Both the position numbers and the translations under genes were made by a program. From assembly GCA_946965045.2 (NCBI GenBank), contig OX337230.1, positions 2,852,001 through 2,916,000 of the forward strand: 64,000 nt of DNA, given 5' to 3'. The notes beneath the pieces are model-generated. The model was not told the DNA's origin, searched no databases, and saw nothing but the letters and a program-made list of their open reading frames with translations. Below are positions 1-9,945 of this stretch, in pieces. The DNA is from Epithemia pelagica (lineage: Eukaryota; Protista; Bacillariophyta). Numbering within the stretch: the first letter of the stretch is position 1; each line of letters starts with the position of its first letter.

Positions 1-84
1 TTGTTGGTCCGGCGCTTCTGCCTCTTCGTCTTCGCCATGTCCAGACATGTCCTCTGGATTGTCAGTTTTAGACTTTTTGGCCAT
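1..84 (-). CDS. Possible 5' end of a minus-strand ORF running off the left edge (MAKKSKTDNPEDMSGHGEDEEAEAPDQQ...)
   Basis: ATG at 84-82 with 28 open codons to the edge; charged composition; no recognisable motif. Confidence 0.2.
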   Translation of the reverse strand, partial: MAKKSKTDNPEDMSGHGEDEEAEAPDQQ

Positions 85-663
85 TTTCTTTATCCTGACA
101 AGGTTTCCACTTCCACCTCATAAATCTTCGGAGATATCTTATTGTTTTGATCTGTCTGGAACTTGGAACATCGATTGGTTGTGAAAGAAAGTTCGGTCAG
201 TCGCGGATAATAAGACTGACAGTCTTCCAATGGCGCCAGGGCAGTCGGTCGACCGTACCCTGGGTAGGCGCGGCAGCTGGAAGAATAGACTATTCCCATA
301 ATAGCCTCAAATACATGAGTTTATGTCTACGTCCTCCTCTTCTCGAGTAGGTATGACAAATGACAACCTTCTACCTTAGTCCCATCTTCTACTCCTACCT
401 TTTGGTTGAGGAAATTCACATCTATCAACATGTGTTGCGTCGTCCTTAGAGGGCCAAGTGATCAATTAATAGGGCAAAGATGCCACCTCACTCTCAAGTC
501 TACAGCGTGATATTCCGAATTGCAATCTCCAGGGAAACATGTTGACTCATTTATTGGATGGGATATCCGACCTGCGAAGGAACAGTGGAGGTACTTGTCT
601 CTGGCTAGAACGGGAGGTTTACACACTCGTCCAGGCATCTTTCTCTGTGCAAACACCAGGTCT

Positions 664-3600
664 TCACAGTTGATTGTGTCGCATACAGGAAAACCGTCCA
701 TGTAACAAGCAGCACCGTCCACAACAGGAATTGGCGCAGTCTCGTGCGGCACGATTGCGACACCGACGCATCGAGCATATGGGTGGTGGTGGTGGTGCGT
801 TGTAACCGGAGAGCATAGTCGTGGAATCTGAAGGCACATACGCATCAGTATCCACCTCAGAACTGGTCGAGTGATCCGAAGCTCCCATTGTGGTGGTATC
901 TTCTCCTCCTTCCTCGGTTCCTTCAGCTGCATCTTCTTCTGTCGTACTGTGAACTGTGGTGGTATCTTCGGGAGGAAATACCGTGGTGGTCGTGTCATCC
1001 GGTGCATTTTCTGCGAGTGCGGCTACTTCGGCTTCGGGAGGAAGCATGGATGTCGTCGTATCATCCTCGACGGGCTCCTCCACCTCATCATCATGCACAG
1101 TGGTAGTGGTGAAAGACGTATCATTGTCCGCCTCTGGTTCTGCCTGAATCTCGGTGTCTTCTTCTACCACCGTGGAAGTTGAGGGTGGCAAAAGCCCTTC
1201 TACGTCATCGTCATCGTCCTCCTCATCCGCCGGATCGGGAGAGGCCACTGTCGTCGAGGTCGTCCATGTTTCGGGTGGAAAACCGAGATCATCGTCACTG
1301 TAGTACCGATGCTCGACTTGAGTGGATTCAAACTCTTGTTCTTGAGAAGGATTATTGTTGCGGGCTGCTGGTCGTTGCAATCGTGGTGGTAGGGCTGGAA
1401 AGGGTTCGCGACAATTGGGACAAGTGGCATTGGTAGAGATCCATTGTGCCACGCAATTCAAATGGACGGCCTTCCCACAACACAAGGTGGCAATATTGGG
1501 ATGATCTTCAAAGCAAATCAAACAGGTACCGGCTCGTTCTCGATCACGAATCTTCTTGGCTGCCTTTGCTTCCGCTTGCTCGGTCACTAATCGTGACTTT
1601 TCCTCGACAACCTTTTCGAATTCGACAATGGCTTTTCCCATGCGATCCAAAATCAAGGTCACCAAAGGTCCCATAGCACCCGCAAGTTCCAAACATAGTA
1701 TCATTGCTTCTTGGTTTGTTGTTGCTTGGTTCGGAGTGTCTATTACGGTGGAGGACTGGGTTCGAGTCGTGGTGGAACAAGTGACAGCCTCCAAGGACAA
1801 GTTGCGGCGCGTATGTCCAATGGCTTGTGTGTATTCGTTTCGTTGTGCCGGTGTGGCAAACAAGTGAATGACAAAGGGGAATCCTGCCCGTTGCAAGGCC
1901 CAATTCAAGGCAATACGAGCCAATCGACCATTGCCATCGACAAAGCCATGAATGTCCACCACACCAAAAAAGACCAATGCCGCATACGTGGCGACCGACA
2001 AACCCACCCGGCGCCATTGTGTTTCTTGGTCCTCTTCCTGCAGGTGATTGTGGTTGTTGGCTTCGAACAAGACTGGTGTGCTTGTTGCCAAACGGTTACC
2101 ATTGTGGATAGTGCTGCCAGTGGTTGGAGTGGAGGAGGGGACGGTCGTGTTCGCTGTCGTGGAGTGTGGCCATAGCAATCGTCGTTCCACTGTATGCAAA
2201 CGAGAACAAACACGATCAAGATATTCAGGAACCTTGGCAGAAGGACAAAAATGGACGGGTCCAACCCGTACCAATTTGGTCCGCAATTGACCTGCCTCGG
2301 CATGAATCCCTTGGCCACATAGGATGGAATGCCAAGCACACAAGGTGGATTGCGACAAAGAACTGGTTCGGGTGGAGGATGCTGTTCTTGCGACGTCATT
2401 GGTGGTTGCTGTTGTTCCCAAAGCTTGATGCAAGGCTTTGATATATTGGGATTCAATCAAGGTGGCACGTTCGGCATCTTCTCGACCTGAATTGGATGTC
2501 AAAGACGCCTTTTGTCGATCCAATTGGGACGTTTGGAATTCTTTCAAGGCCGACATGTAATATTCCATGGTGTTGCCTCCCATCATGTTCCTCCGTTGCG
2601 AAATGGCATTCCTGCTCGCCGTTCCACCCGCCCATGGATCGTCATTGCCGTTGGATGTTGTTGTGGAGCTGGAGTGACTGCAAAGTGTATGAATGGCCCT
2701 GTGATGTGCCAAGAATTGTCCAACCATTGAAGCCGCCTTGTACGTGGCATCCTGTTGCGCCGTCGTGGACAAGGTGTTGTTGGTTTCTGGGTTTCGTCGG
2801 TCCTCCTTGAAATTCCATGCCAAGGAACCGGCCAATGCTTCCGGGCTCAAATGAGGAGCCCATTCATCGAGAAAGTGGGCAATGATACTTCCATAATATT
2901 TGGGAGTGGTACTAACAGCCGTATTACCCAAAGAATGCGGTGGCGACAACGACAACGACACCCCTACTTTTCCTCGTAGTGGGTACGGACGAGCGGGTGA
3001 AGGATGGCTGGAATGTTTCGGCATGGGTGGGGACCGAGCGGTGGGTGGATCAGGTTTCGGTGTCGAGTATTTTCGGATTGTACGTAGAGCTGTGATGCGT
3101 CGGACTTGCGTCGGAGCGGTATGTGGATTGGACCCAGCACTCGAGGAGAGGGGTCTGGTATGGAGGTTCGAGTGCGGTGGACGCACCAAAATGGTGCCCG
3201 AAGTCACAAACAGTAAGGAATTGTGATTGGAAGGACTGACATGGGTATGGACCGTGCTGACAATACACGAAGTAATGCGCAACCAAAAGGGCTCGACCGG
3301 AAACTCGGGAATCTTATTGCTAGGTGCTTCTGACGAGGCCCCTCTTATCCACGAGTAGCTGACATCCGAAAAGTTGGAGGTGCGAGGCTTTTTTCGTTGA
3401 CGATGATAGGAGTGCGACAAGGGAAAATGAGAATTCAATCCGGCATTGTAGTGATTTGGAATGTCCGTTTGTTGTTCTTGGTGGTGAAACGAGGACCCAA
3501 CCAAGAGGGCAGGCATTGATTCGGTTCGATCGTGGACCATACACGGTATAGCAGGTATTTGGGAGGTTGTCAAAAGTGTCGCATTGGTGGAGGACGACGA

Positions 3601-3891
3601 TGGGGCTTGTTGAGGAACGACCGTCACAACAATGTTCCAATCTTTCTCGTCTTCTTTCTCATCCTCGTCTTCCTTCTTGGTCTTGGAGGCGACCGGCCGA
3701 GTGGTTCGAGTCGAAGCTGTTGTATTGGTCGTTTCCTTGGTCCTTCCACCACTCGTCGTTCGGTGCTTGCGATGGACTTGACGAGTGCCTCGCGCAAACA
3801 GGTCACGGAGCCCTTCTTCCTTGGTTGCGGTCATGGCGGAACCGGAATCAGAGGCGGCGGCAGCCGTAGGTGTGGGATCACGAGTACTCAT
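664..3891 (-). CDS. Fic-domain (AMPylase-type) protein with a RING finger, acidic/Thr-rich linker and C-terminal SHI/DUS1L-like Cys-His zinc finger
   Basis: 1075-aa ORF. Complete Fic motif HGFVDGNGRLAR (HxFx[DE]GNGRxxR); RING-type CLIC...CCGKAVHLNC...CPNC; terminal CSMRRC-x7-C-x4-C-x2-CC-x7-C-x2-H. Confidence 0.85.
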   Translation of the reverse strand: MSTRDPTPTAAAASDSGSAMTATKEEGLRDLFARGTRQVHRKHRTTSGGRTKETTNTTASTRTTRPVASKTKKEDEDEKEDEKDWNIVVTVVPQQAPSSSSTNATLLTTSQIPAIPCMVHDRTESMPALLVGSSFHHQEQQTDIPNHYNAGLNSHFPLSHSYHRQRKKPRTSNFSDVSYSWIRGASSEAPSNKIPEFPVEPFWLRITSCIVSTVHTHVSPSNHNSLLFVTSGTILVRPPHSNLHTRPLSSSAGSNPHTAPTQVRRITALRTIRKYSTPKPDPPTARSPPMPKHSSHPSPARPYPLRGKVGVSLSLSPPHSLGNTAVSTTPKYYGSIIAHFLDEWAPHLSPEALAGSLAWNFKEDRRNPETNNTLSTTAQQDATYKAASMVGQFLAHHRAIHTLCSHSSSTTTSNGNDDPWAGGTASRNAISQRRNMMGGNTMEYYMSALKEFQTSQLDRQKASLTSNSGREDAERATLIESQYIKALHQALGTTATTNDVARTASSTRTSSLSQSTLCAWHSILCGQGIHAEAGQLRTKLVRVGPVHFCPSAKVPEYLDRVCSRLHTVERRLLWPHSTTANTTVPSSTPTTGSTIHNGNRLATSTPVLFEANNHNHLQEEDQETQWRRVGLSVATYAALVFFGVVDIHGFVDGNGRLARIALNWALQRAGFPFVIHLFATPAQRNEYTQAIGHTRRNLSLEAVTCSTTTRTQSSTVIDTPNQATTNQEAMILCLELAGAMGPLVTLILDRMGKAIVEFEKVVEEKSRLVTEQAEAKAAKKIRDRERAGTCLICFEDHPNIATLCCGKAVHLNCVAQWISTNATCPNCREPFPALPPRLQRPAARNNNPSQEQEFESTQVEHRYYSDDDLGFPPETWTTSTTVASPDPADEEDDDDDVEGLLPPSTSTVVEEDTEIQAEPEADNDTSFTTTTVHDDEVEEPVEDDTTTSMLPPEAEVAALAENAPDDTTTTVFPPEDTTTVHSTTEEDAAEGTEEGGEDTTTMGASDHSTSSEVDTDAYVPSDSTTMLSGYNAPPPPPICSMRRCRNRAARDCANSCCGRCCLLHGRFSCMRHNQL

Positions 3892-4307
3892 CTCCCAATG
3901 TCACCCATTCAGTGTCTAGAATGATGTTGTCCATGGACCATAGAGTTAGGCCTTGTTGTTGTCGCCGTTGTCACAGCCAGAAATTTCCATCGGTTACATC
4001 AAATACACCTTGAAACATTATTAATAGGCAAAATTCTTGACTCTCTAAGGATTTTAGTCCAGTCGCTGAAATAATGCTATAACCCGGATGTACAGAGAAC
4101 GCTGTGACACCGAGAAGTGTACGAAGTGATGCGCGATGCTTTGATATGGTACATCAACAAGCAACAAGAGGAAGGTCGAGGATCTTGTTCTCAGGAACAC
4201 AAAATAGAGAGTGATCCATCTCTCCACTCGTTCCAAAGTTTTGCAAGTTTTCATTTGGATCCCTTGGAACGAAGCGAACCAAAATTTTGTGACATCTTCC
4301 CCAAGAA

Positions 4308-5654
4308 ATGGTGTTTCGAAACCAATCATCTGGCCTGCTCCCTCTTGTTCCCCGAGGTGGTTGGGTCAATCAGGCTACATCTCGAATCCTGCCACCTGAT
4401 TCTAACTTGGTTGGTGTTCGATATTTTCCAGCCACGGTCGATCACCCTCCATTGCGCATCTTTTATCCAATCACTCGTCCAACCAGTGTCAAAGCAGCAA
4501 CTGCAGCCAAAGTTGGATGGTTTGACGACACTGGTGTTTTCCCCTACTTGTCAGGATACGCACATTTGGGTTTGGCAAAACAAGATACATGGACCTTTCA
4601 ATGGGTCGTGCAGCCTCTCTTGTTTCTCTTTTCCTGGGTTGTACCCCTCCAATGGCTCCGTCTTCCACAAGTCATTCAGGAAACTGTACCAAACCAATCG
4701 TCAATCGTGTCTTCCCGAGCCGACAACAACAAGGAAGAGAAAAATGAGGGTCTTGACTCCAAGACCAACCAACCAAGGCCCAAGGAGCAAGAAGAAATGA
4801 GTGGTCGTCTTCCTCTGATTGTTTTTTCTCATGGTTTGACAGGGACAGGACAAGAAAACAGTGCCTTGGCGATCCGATGGGCACAAGAGGGCTTTGTTGT
4901 GATTAGTGTCCATCATACCGAGGGAAGTTCTTGTCGTGTTGAATTGGCGGATGGGTCTACAAAATATTATGAAACGCCGTCCTATACCAACTACGATCCA
5001 GACTATCGCCCCAAACAAGTCACGGTTCGAGCCCATCAAGTATTGCAAGCCTACAACTTTCTCTCTCAGCCCCAGCTTTTGACACAGCCCGCCGATTGTC
5101 CCTGGGATTTGGTCCATCTCGTGGACCCCTCCAATGCGGTAGTGGCTGGATTTTCGTACGGAGCCTCAACGGCAGCCCGAGTGGCCGTCATGGACCAGTC
5201 CCCCTTTAGTGCAGCCTTGTTTCTGGACGGGTGGTTTTACATCAACGTGGCAAATGTCGAATACAACTTTCCTTCTCAGGCCTTTGAGGAGCAAGTCCCT
5301 GGCATGCCTACCTTGTTTCTAATGTCGCAACAATTTCAGGAGTATCCCAAATTGTGGGCAGCCACACTCCAATTGGCCAGATTGTTTTCCACATGTGCAA
5401 CCCAAAGTCGTGGTGACAACGACCGGTCGGATCCACCGAATCATCCTGAAGAGGACGAAATGCATAATGTGGTGGTCCTTCCCAACACGGGGCATCAAAA
5501 CTTTTGCGATGTGGTCTTGTGGTTGCCACAGTGGGTCCTTCAACGAATCATGAAGGGGTTCATTGGAAACGCCGATCCAATTCATGTTTATGAGGAAATT
5601 GCCCAACGGTCCATTGTGTTTTTGAAACGTGTCACCGGCAAAGACAAGAAATGA
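4308..5654 (+). CDS. PAF-acetylhydrolase-like alpha/beta hydrolase
   Basis: VFSHGLTG...GFVVISVHH, nucleophile elbow GFSYG (GxSxG), LDGW Asp, HQNFCD His. Confidence 0.85.
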   Translation: MVFRNQSSGLLPLVPRGGWVNQATSRILPPDSNLVGVRYFPATVDHPPLRIFYPITRPTSVKAATAAKVGWFDDTGVFPYLSGYAHLGLAKQDTWTFQWVVQPLLFLFSWVVPLQWLRLPQVIQETVPNQSSIVSSRADNNKEEKNEGLDSKTNQPRPKEQEEMSGRLPLIVFSHGLTGTGQENSALAIRWAQEGFVVISVHHTEGSSCRVELADGSTKYYETPSYTNYDPDYRPKQVTVRAHQVLQAYNFLSQPQLLTQPADCPWDLVHLVDPSNAVVAGFSYGASTAARVAVMDQSPFSAALFLDGWFYINVANVEYNFPSQAFEEQVPGMPTLFLMSQQFQEYPKLWAATLQLARLFSTCATQSRGDNDRSDPPNHPEEDEMHNVVVLPNTGHQNFCDVVLWLPQWVLQRIMKGFIGNADPIHVYEEIAQRSIVFLKRVTGKDKK

Positions 5655-6312
5655 TAGACAAGGGCGCTTGATGGCTAGGAAAACGAAAGCAGCGAAACAT
5701 TCCGACTATCCTTGGAACTCATACCAAAGGACGATTGGTCAAATTGTGTTGAATGGCTCTATCATGTGGAAGGGGTTCAAGCGATCAACCATGAATCATG
5801 AAGATTGTTTGTGTGGAGTACTTCTTGGGTATGGTCGAGCATGGGTTTCGTAATTCAGATGATGGGTTACTGGAAAATCTGAAGAAGACCATACGTGACG
5901 GCGCCTTTTGTGGCGTCGTGACATATGACGAAAAGACGTTAAGTCACGTTTGCCACACAGGCATTGACGAATTGGTGACTAATTTACGAAAGTTCGTTTT
6001 CCCGCGTTTGTGGCTAGAATGGTTTGACTAATTACATTAGACGGCGTCACCATTATGTCATATTTGCGTCACGTCAGCTTTGTGCTGCGCGCAGACACGC
6101 CCAAAAACTCCGATAGATCCGATAGATCGCATGGCGGGTATAGCTTGTAGCCTGTCGCCCCACAATATTTGATCCAGCAAAAAAAAACAACAGCGCGACA
6201 AACAAAGCAGAAAGCTTCTCTTCTCTGAGGCAAGGAACAAGTTCAAGGAACTAACAGTGTCTGTACTCGAACCAAGCTCATTCAAGACAGGAGAAAGCAC
6301 AACTAATATACC

Positions 6313-7866
6313 ATGTTTCGACATATTCATCGATTGTTCTTCTTTATCTCTATCCTCTTTTGCATTCAGAAGAATTATGAGCTCCTAAGCCAGATTCTCG
6401 CAACTTCCACAATTGAGAAAACATCATCGATGGAGGAATTGTTGCTCCACCAATATACGCAACTGTCCCAGAAAAAGGATAAAATGACTGTTACGACCCC
6501 CACAAACGGACAGGAGCCACGCTACGTACCAGAAACGCCATCCGGCGATACCAAAGTGGTCAATCCAACACTCGAGAGACCTGGCACGGCTTTGGTTCAT
6601 CAGGAGGAAGACGAATCCTTTTCCGCCTGTTTGCTGGTAATGGATGAGAACCATCGCTTGCCCGAGTGGATTGCCTATCACTACTTCATGCTTCCCCTGC
6701 GTCATTTAATCATTTTGGTGGATCCTCGTTCGAGAACACGGCCAGATCCCATCATGGAGCGCTGGCGTCCATTTCTGTCCACCCTCCAAGTGTGGTCGGA
6801 CGACGATATTCAATATACACCCATGAACAGCTCGTCACAGGAGGTTCGAACGCTGGTTCATCGGAAACGTCAGAGTACATTTTATCAACACTGTGCGCGT
6901 TCTTTTCGACAACAGAATCGATCCTGGGTATCCTTTCACGATGTTGACGAATACGTCTATCTCGACCCGGTCTCAGTGCCTCATGCCAGAGATCGCATGA
7001 CAAAGCCAGGCAGTGTACTGAGTTTTCTGAAAGAAATGAGAGCCACGACAAATAAAACGACCAATGAAACAACTAGCAAGAACCTTTTGCAGTACACGAA
7101 AGATGCCTTTCAGAAACGATGCATCATTGTATCACGGACGTACTTTGGTGCGGTGGAAAGCAGCCATGTCCAGGGTACAGTCCCTTCCTATTTGAATTTG
7201 AATGTAACGAGTTTTGAAACACTTCGATGGCTCCATCGTACCTCTCACGAAGATGCCAGCAACAATGGAATTGGCAAATCTCTACTTTATGTTGGCAAAC
7301 CTTCACCATCTCTCAACTTTGAAGTTGGATGGGACAAGGGAGTCCATCGAGTGCTTCAAGAATGTCCTGTAACCAACCACAAGTATTCTCCGATTCGAAT
7401 CCGGCATTATCTAGGTAGCTGGGAAGTGTTTACAAGTCGTGTCGATGTCCGCTCGGGTGATCGAAGGAGCAAAGAGTTTTACGAATATACCTCTCAGCTT
7501 GGAGCTGGAACGGACCCCGATACGGACATTCAACCGTGGTTGACGGACTTTTGTAAGTTCATGGGCCACAACGCAAGTCTTCTCGAAACACTGCTTCAGG
7601 GTGTGGGACAATTGCCTCCTCGGTCCCTCGAATTGCAAACGGCTGACTGGTCCATGCCACCAAATCGTATCAGGAAAATGATGGAGAAACAGTACAAAAA
7701 CGTTCCACCATTTGTCGTATGGTTGCGTCAGAACTTTGTCGTAACGACTCTCACCAATGGAACCACGGTGGTGGAGCCAAAAGTTAAACCAAACCAACGC
7801 TCTCCATCGCAGGCGAAATGGATCAAACACCCACTTCCTAAAGGGTTGCTCCAAGCGTTATCCTGA
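6313..7866 (+). CDS. Type II membrane glycosyltransferase-like protein (GT92/GT2-like GT-A fold)
   Basis: N-terminal hydrophobic segment; SACLLVMDENHRLPEWIAYH; DxD motif in WVSFHDVDEYV. Confidence 0.7.
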   Translation: MFRHIHRLFFFISILFCIQKNYELLSQILATSTIEKTSSMEELLLHQYTQLSQKKDKMTVTTPTNGQEPRYVPETPSGDTKVVNPTLERPGTALVHQEEDESFSACLLVMDENHRLPEWIAYHYFMLPLRHLIILVDPRSRTRPDPIMERWRPFLSTLQVWSDDDIQYTPMNSSSQEVRTLVHRKRQSTFYQHCARSFRQQNRSWVSFHDVDEYVYLDPVSVPHARDRMTKPGSVLSFLKEMRATTNKTTNETTSKNLLQYTKDAFQKRCIIVSRTYFGAVESSHVQGTVPSYLNLNVTSFETLRWLHRTSHEDASNNGIGKSLLYVGKPSPSLNFEVGWDKGVHRVLQECPVTNHKYSPIRIRHYLGSWEVFTSRVDVRSGDRRSKEFYEYTSQLGAGTDPDTDIQPWLTDFCKFMGHNASLLETLLQGVGQLPPRSLELQTADWSMPPNRIRKMMEKQYKNVPPFVVWLRQNFVVTTLTNGTTVVEPKVKPNQRSPSQAKWIKHPLPKGLLQALS

Positions 7867-9474
7867 ATTTTGAATCCACGCGTCGCACGAGTCAATTGCC
7901 TCCGGGAATCGTTCAGCACTTAGATCCTTCCACCATTTGCGATATCCACCACCAATCTTGCCATTCTTGAGCTTCCAGGTGCGCTTTCCGTCATAAAGGC
8001 CATTGTGATAAACATCCAACGTTATGTTGTGGTAGTTCATGTCCCAAGCCTTGTCCGGTGCTCTCATTGCCGCAGGAACTGTCACGGCAAGTTGATCATC
8101 CCATCGACGGCTAAATTTGTTCTCTCCAATCATGATCCTTGACCAATTCAGATTCTCGGCGTTCCGATAAAAGTCAAGATCAGTGAGATGAAAGAAACCA
8201 TGTATATTGGCAACGACAGCCTTGGTGCAATCACCTCGAATTGGATTTAGGCGACCATCGACAAGTTTTAGTTTGCACACGGTTTCATTGTATGCTTCCA
8301 CAAGTTTGGCACTCAAATCTTCTCCAGCACTCTTGCCCTGTGGAAAGTTAGCAAACAGCATCTTTAATTCGTTCCGTATCATAAAGGCCACAGGATCTTG
8401 ATCCCACACCTTGGTGGGCATGGCATCACTGTCAAACCACATCATATATCTGTAAGGTTTCAATGCCTCGCTTTCCCACAAATGAAGAGACCGGAACTCG
8501 GATTGCCAGGAATACGCCAGCGGCATACAGGCACCCATGGCCCATTCTTCACAACATCGAGTCCACCAAAAGAGTTGATCCGTCGTGTTCACGCTGCAAC
8601 GATGCAAGAGACGCTGGACTTGGTCCGTGGACATGTGTTGGAGGTGGTCATCCAATGTTTTGGAATCCAAGACAACCTGCAAATGTGCCGGATGGACCAC
8701 ACTACGGAGATTATCTTCGTCTTCACTCGAAAGGGGCAGTGTCACAAACACAATCACATCGTACTTTGGCCGATTGTTGTACGCAGCCTTTAGCAGACAC
8801 ATGGATTGAATGAGTTGTTTCATGTGAGGAGGGCCGTGAATTTTGGTCGCAATGACCACCTTGTCTTGGCGAGAAAAATCTACAATGGCGTGTTTGGGTG
8901 ATACATCCTGTGTGACAACTTGATTGTTTGCACTTGAGGTTGCACGGTCGAGAATTTCGGGATCCATTTCACTGCTTTGCAAAGTTTGTTTGACCCTCAA
9001 CAGTGCTGTGGCATCATGAGAACCCTTGATGAAGTTACCCTTAGACCTGGAGACTTCAGTAGGACTTGGAGTTGTGGACAGAGAGTCCAATGAGGGAACA
9101 TGATGAAGTGTCACCAAAGGAAGCACCAAAAATACTCCAACAATAATTCCAAAGGCAAATACTCGAAGATAATGGTTGGATGCAAATCTCCTCCGTGCCA
9201 CGGCGGCCGACAAATACGCCTTGCTCCTCTTGGTCACTCTCCATTCGGAGGAGGTGGAACCAATCGACTCCTGGTGTGTCATATCCAAGGAACGGAGCTT
9301 CTCCTTCCCATGGTCAGGTTTTCTCGAAGACTGTTGTCCCCTCGTGGACAACGGAGTCCGATTCATTTTCCCGTTTTGTGGGGAGGAGTGTGGATGGTCG
9401 GGTCTTATGTCGGACCAACGCGTTCGTTGTGCGATTGGTAGGGTGTTTTCAATGAATTCTGCGGCTTTTTTCAT
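7858..9474 (-). CDS. Type II membrane nucleotide-diphospho-sugar transferase-like protein (GT15-like)
   Basis: One TM segment (VFAFGIIVGVFLVLPLVTL); LLKAAYNNRPKYDVIVF; YRYMMWFDSD (DxD); RRWDDQ. 3' end overlaps the convergent gene by 9 nt. Confidence 0.65.
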   Translation of the reverse strand: MKKAAEFIENTLPIAQRTRWSDIRPDHPHSSPQNGKMNRTPLSTRGQQSSRKPDHGKEKLRSLDMTHQESIGSTSSEWRVTKRSKAYLSAAVARRRFASNHYLRVFAFGIIVGVFLVLPLVTLHHVPSLDSLSTTPSPTEVSRSKGNFIKGSHDATALLRVKQTLQSSEMDPEILDRATSSANNQVVTQDVSPKHAIVDFSRQDKVVIATKIHGPPHMKQLIQSMCLLKAAYNNRPKYDVIVFVTLPLSSEDEDNLRSVVHPAHLQVVLDSKTLDDHLQHMSTDQVQRLLHRCSVNTTDQLFWWTRCCEEWAMGACMPLAYSWQSEFRSLHLWESEALKPYRYMMWFDSDAMPTKVWDQDPVAFMIRNELKMLFANFPQGKSAGEDLSAKLVEAYNETVCKLKLVDGRLNPIRGDCTKAVVANIHGFFHLTDLDFYRNAENLNWSRIMIGENKFSRRWDDQLAVTVPAAMRAPDKAWDMNYHNITLDVYHNGLYDGKRTWKLKNGKIGGGYRKWWKDLSAERFPEAIDSCDAWIQNSG

Positions 9475-9945
9475 CGTGGGTTTTCGGGGCTTCTGTTCAA
9501 AAGCTGATTGGGTCCACTGTTCACTCCCATAGCGAATGTTTTGCCGTTTTTGTGGTTTTCGAAGAGAGCATAGCTCGCATAGACCCTATCTTCTTCAGTA
9601 GGCTACTCCTACATCCTACAGGTCGTCCTCTCTAGGAGTAGTTTCTTATCCAAAAGCAAAATAATGAGAGAAAGGTAGAGCAATATTTTAACAAATGACC
9701 GAAAATGGGAATATGATAACCCAAAAAGATTGCGAGACTCTTCCACAGGCATGTTGTGGAATGCAATACTTGGCGTGGAGTCTTGTCATTTGTTGCGGAG
9801 CAAGGTTCAGAACAAAGCGCCGACCTGAAAGGGCAGACGATCGCAATGCAGGGTGGTACCCTTCTGGAGGCTGCGTTCCAAACATTTCCATGTCCAGGCG
9901 GCATGTATATTGGTTCTCAGGAGCGTGCCAAGCAACAAGCTTTCA

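Noticed and set aside
5670-6031. Short ORFs downstream of the lipase gene
   Set aside because: Under 80 aa, in several frames, with no motif or clear splice model.
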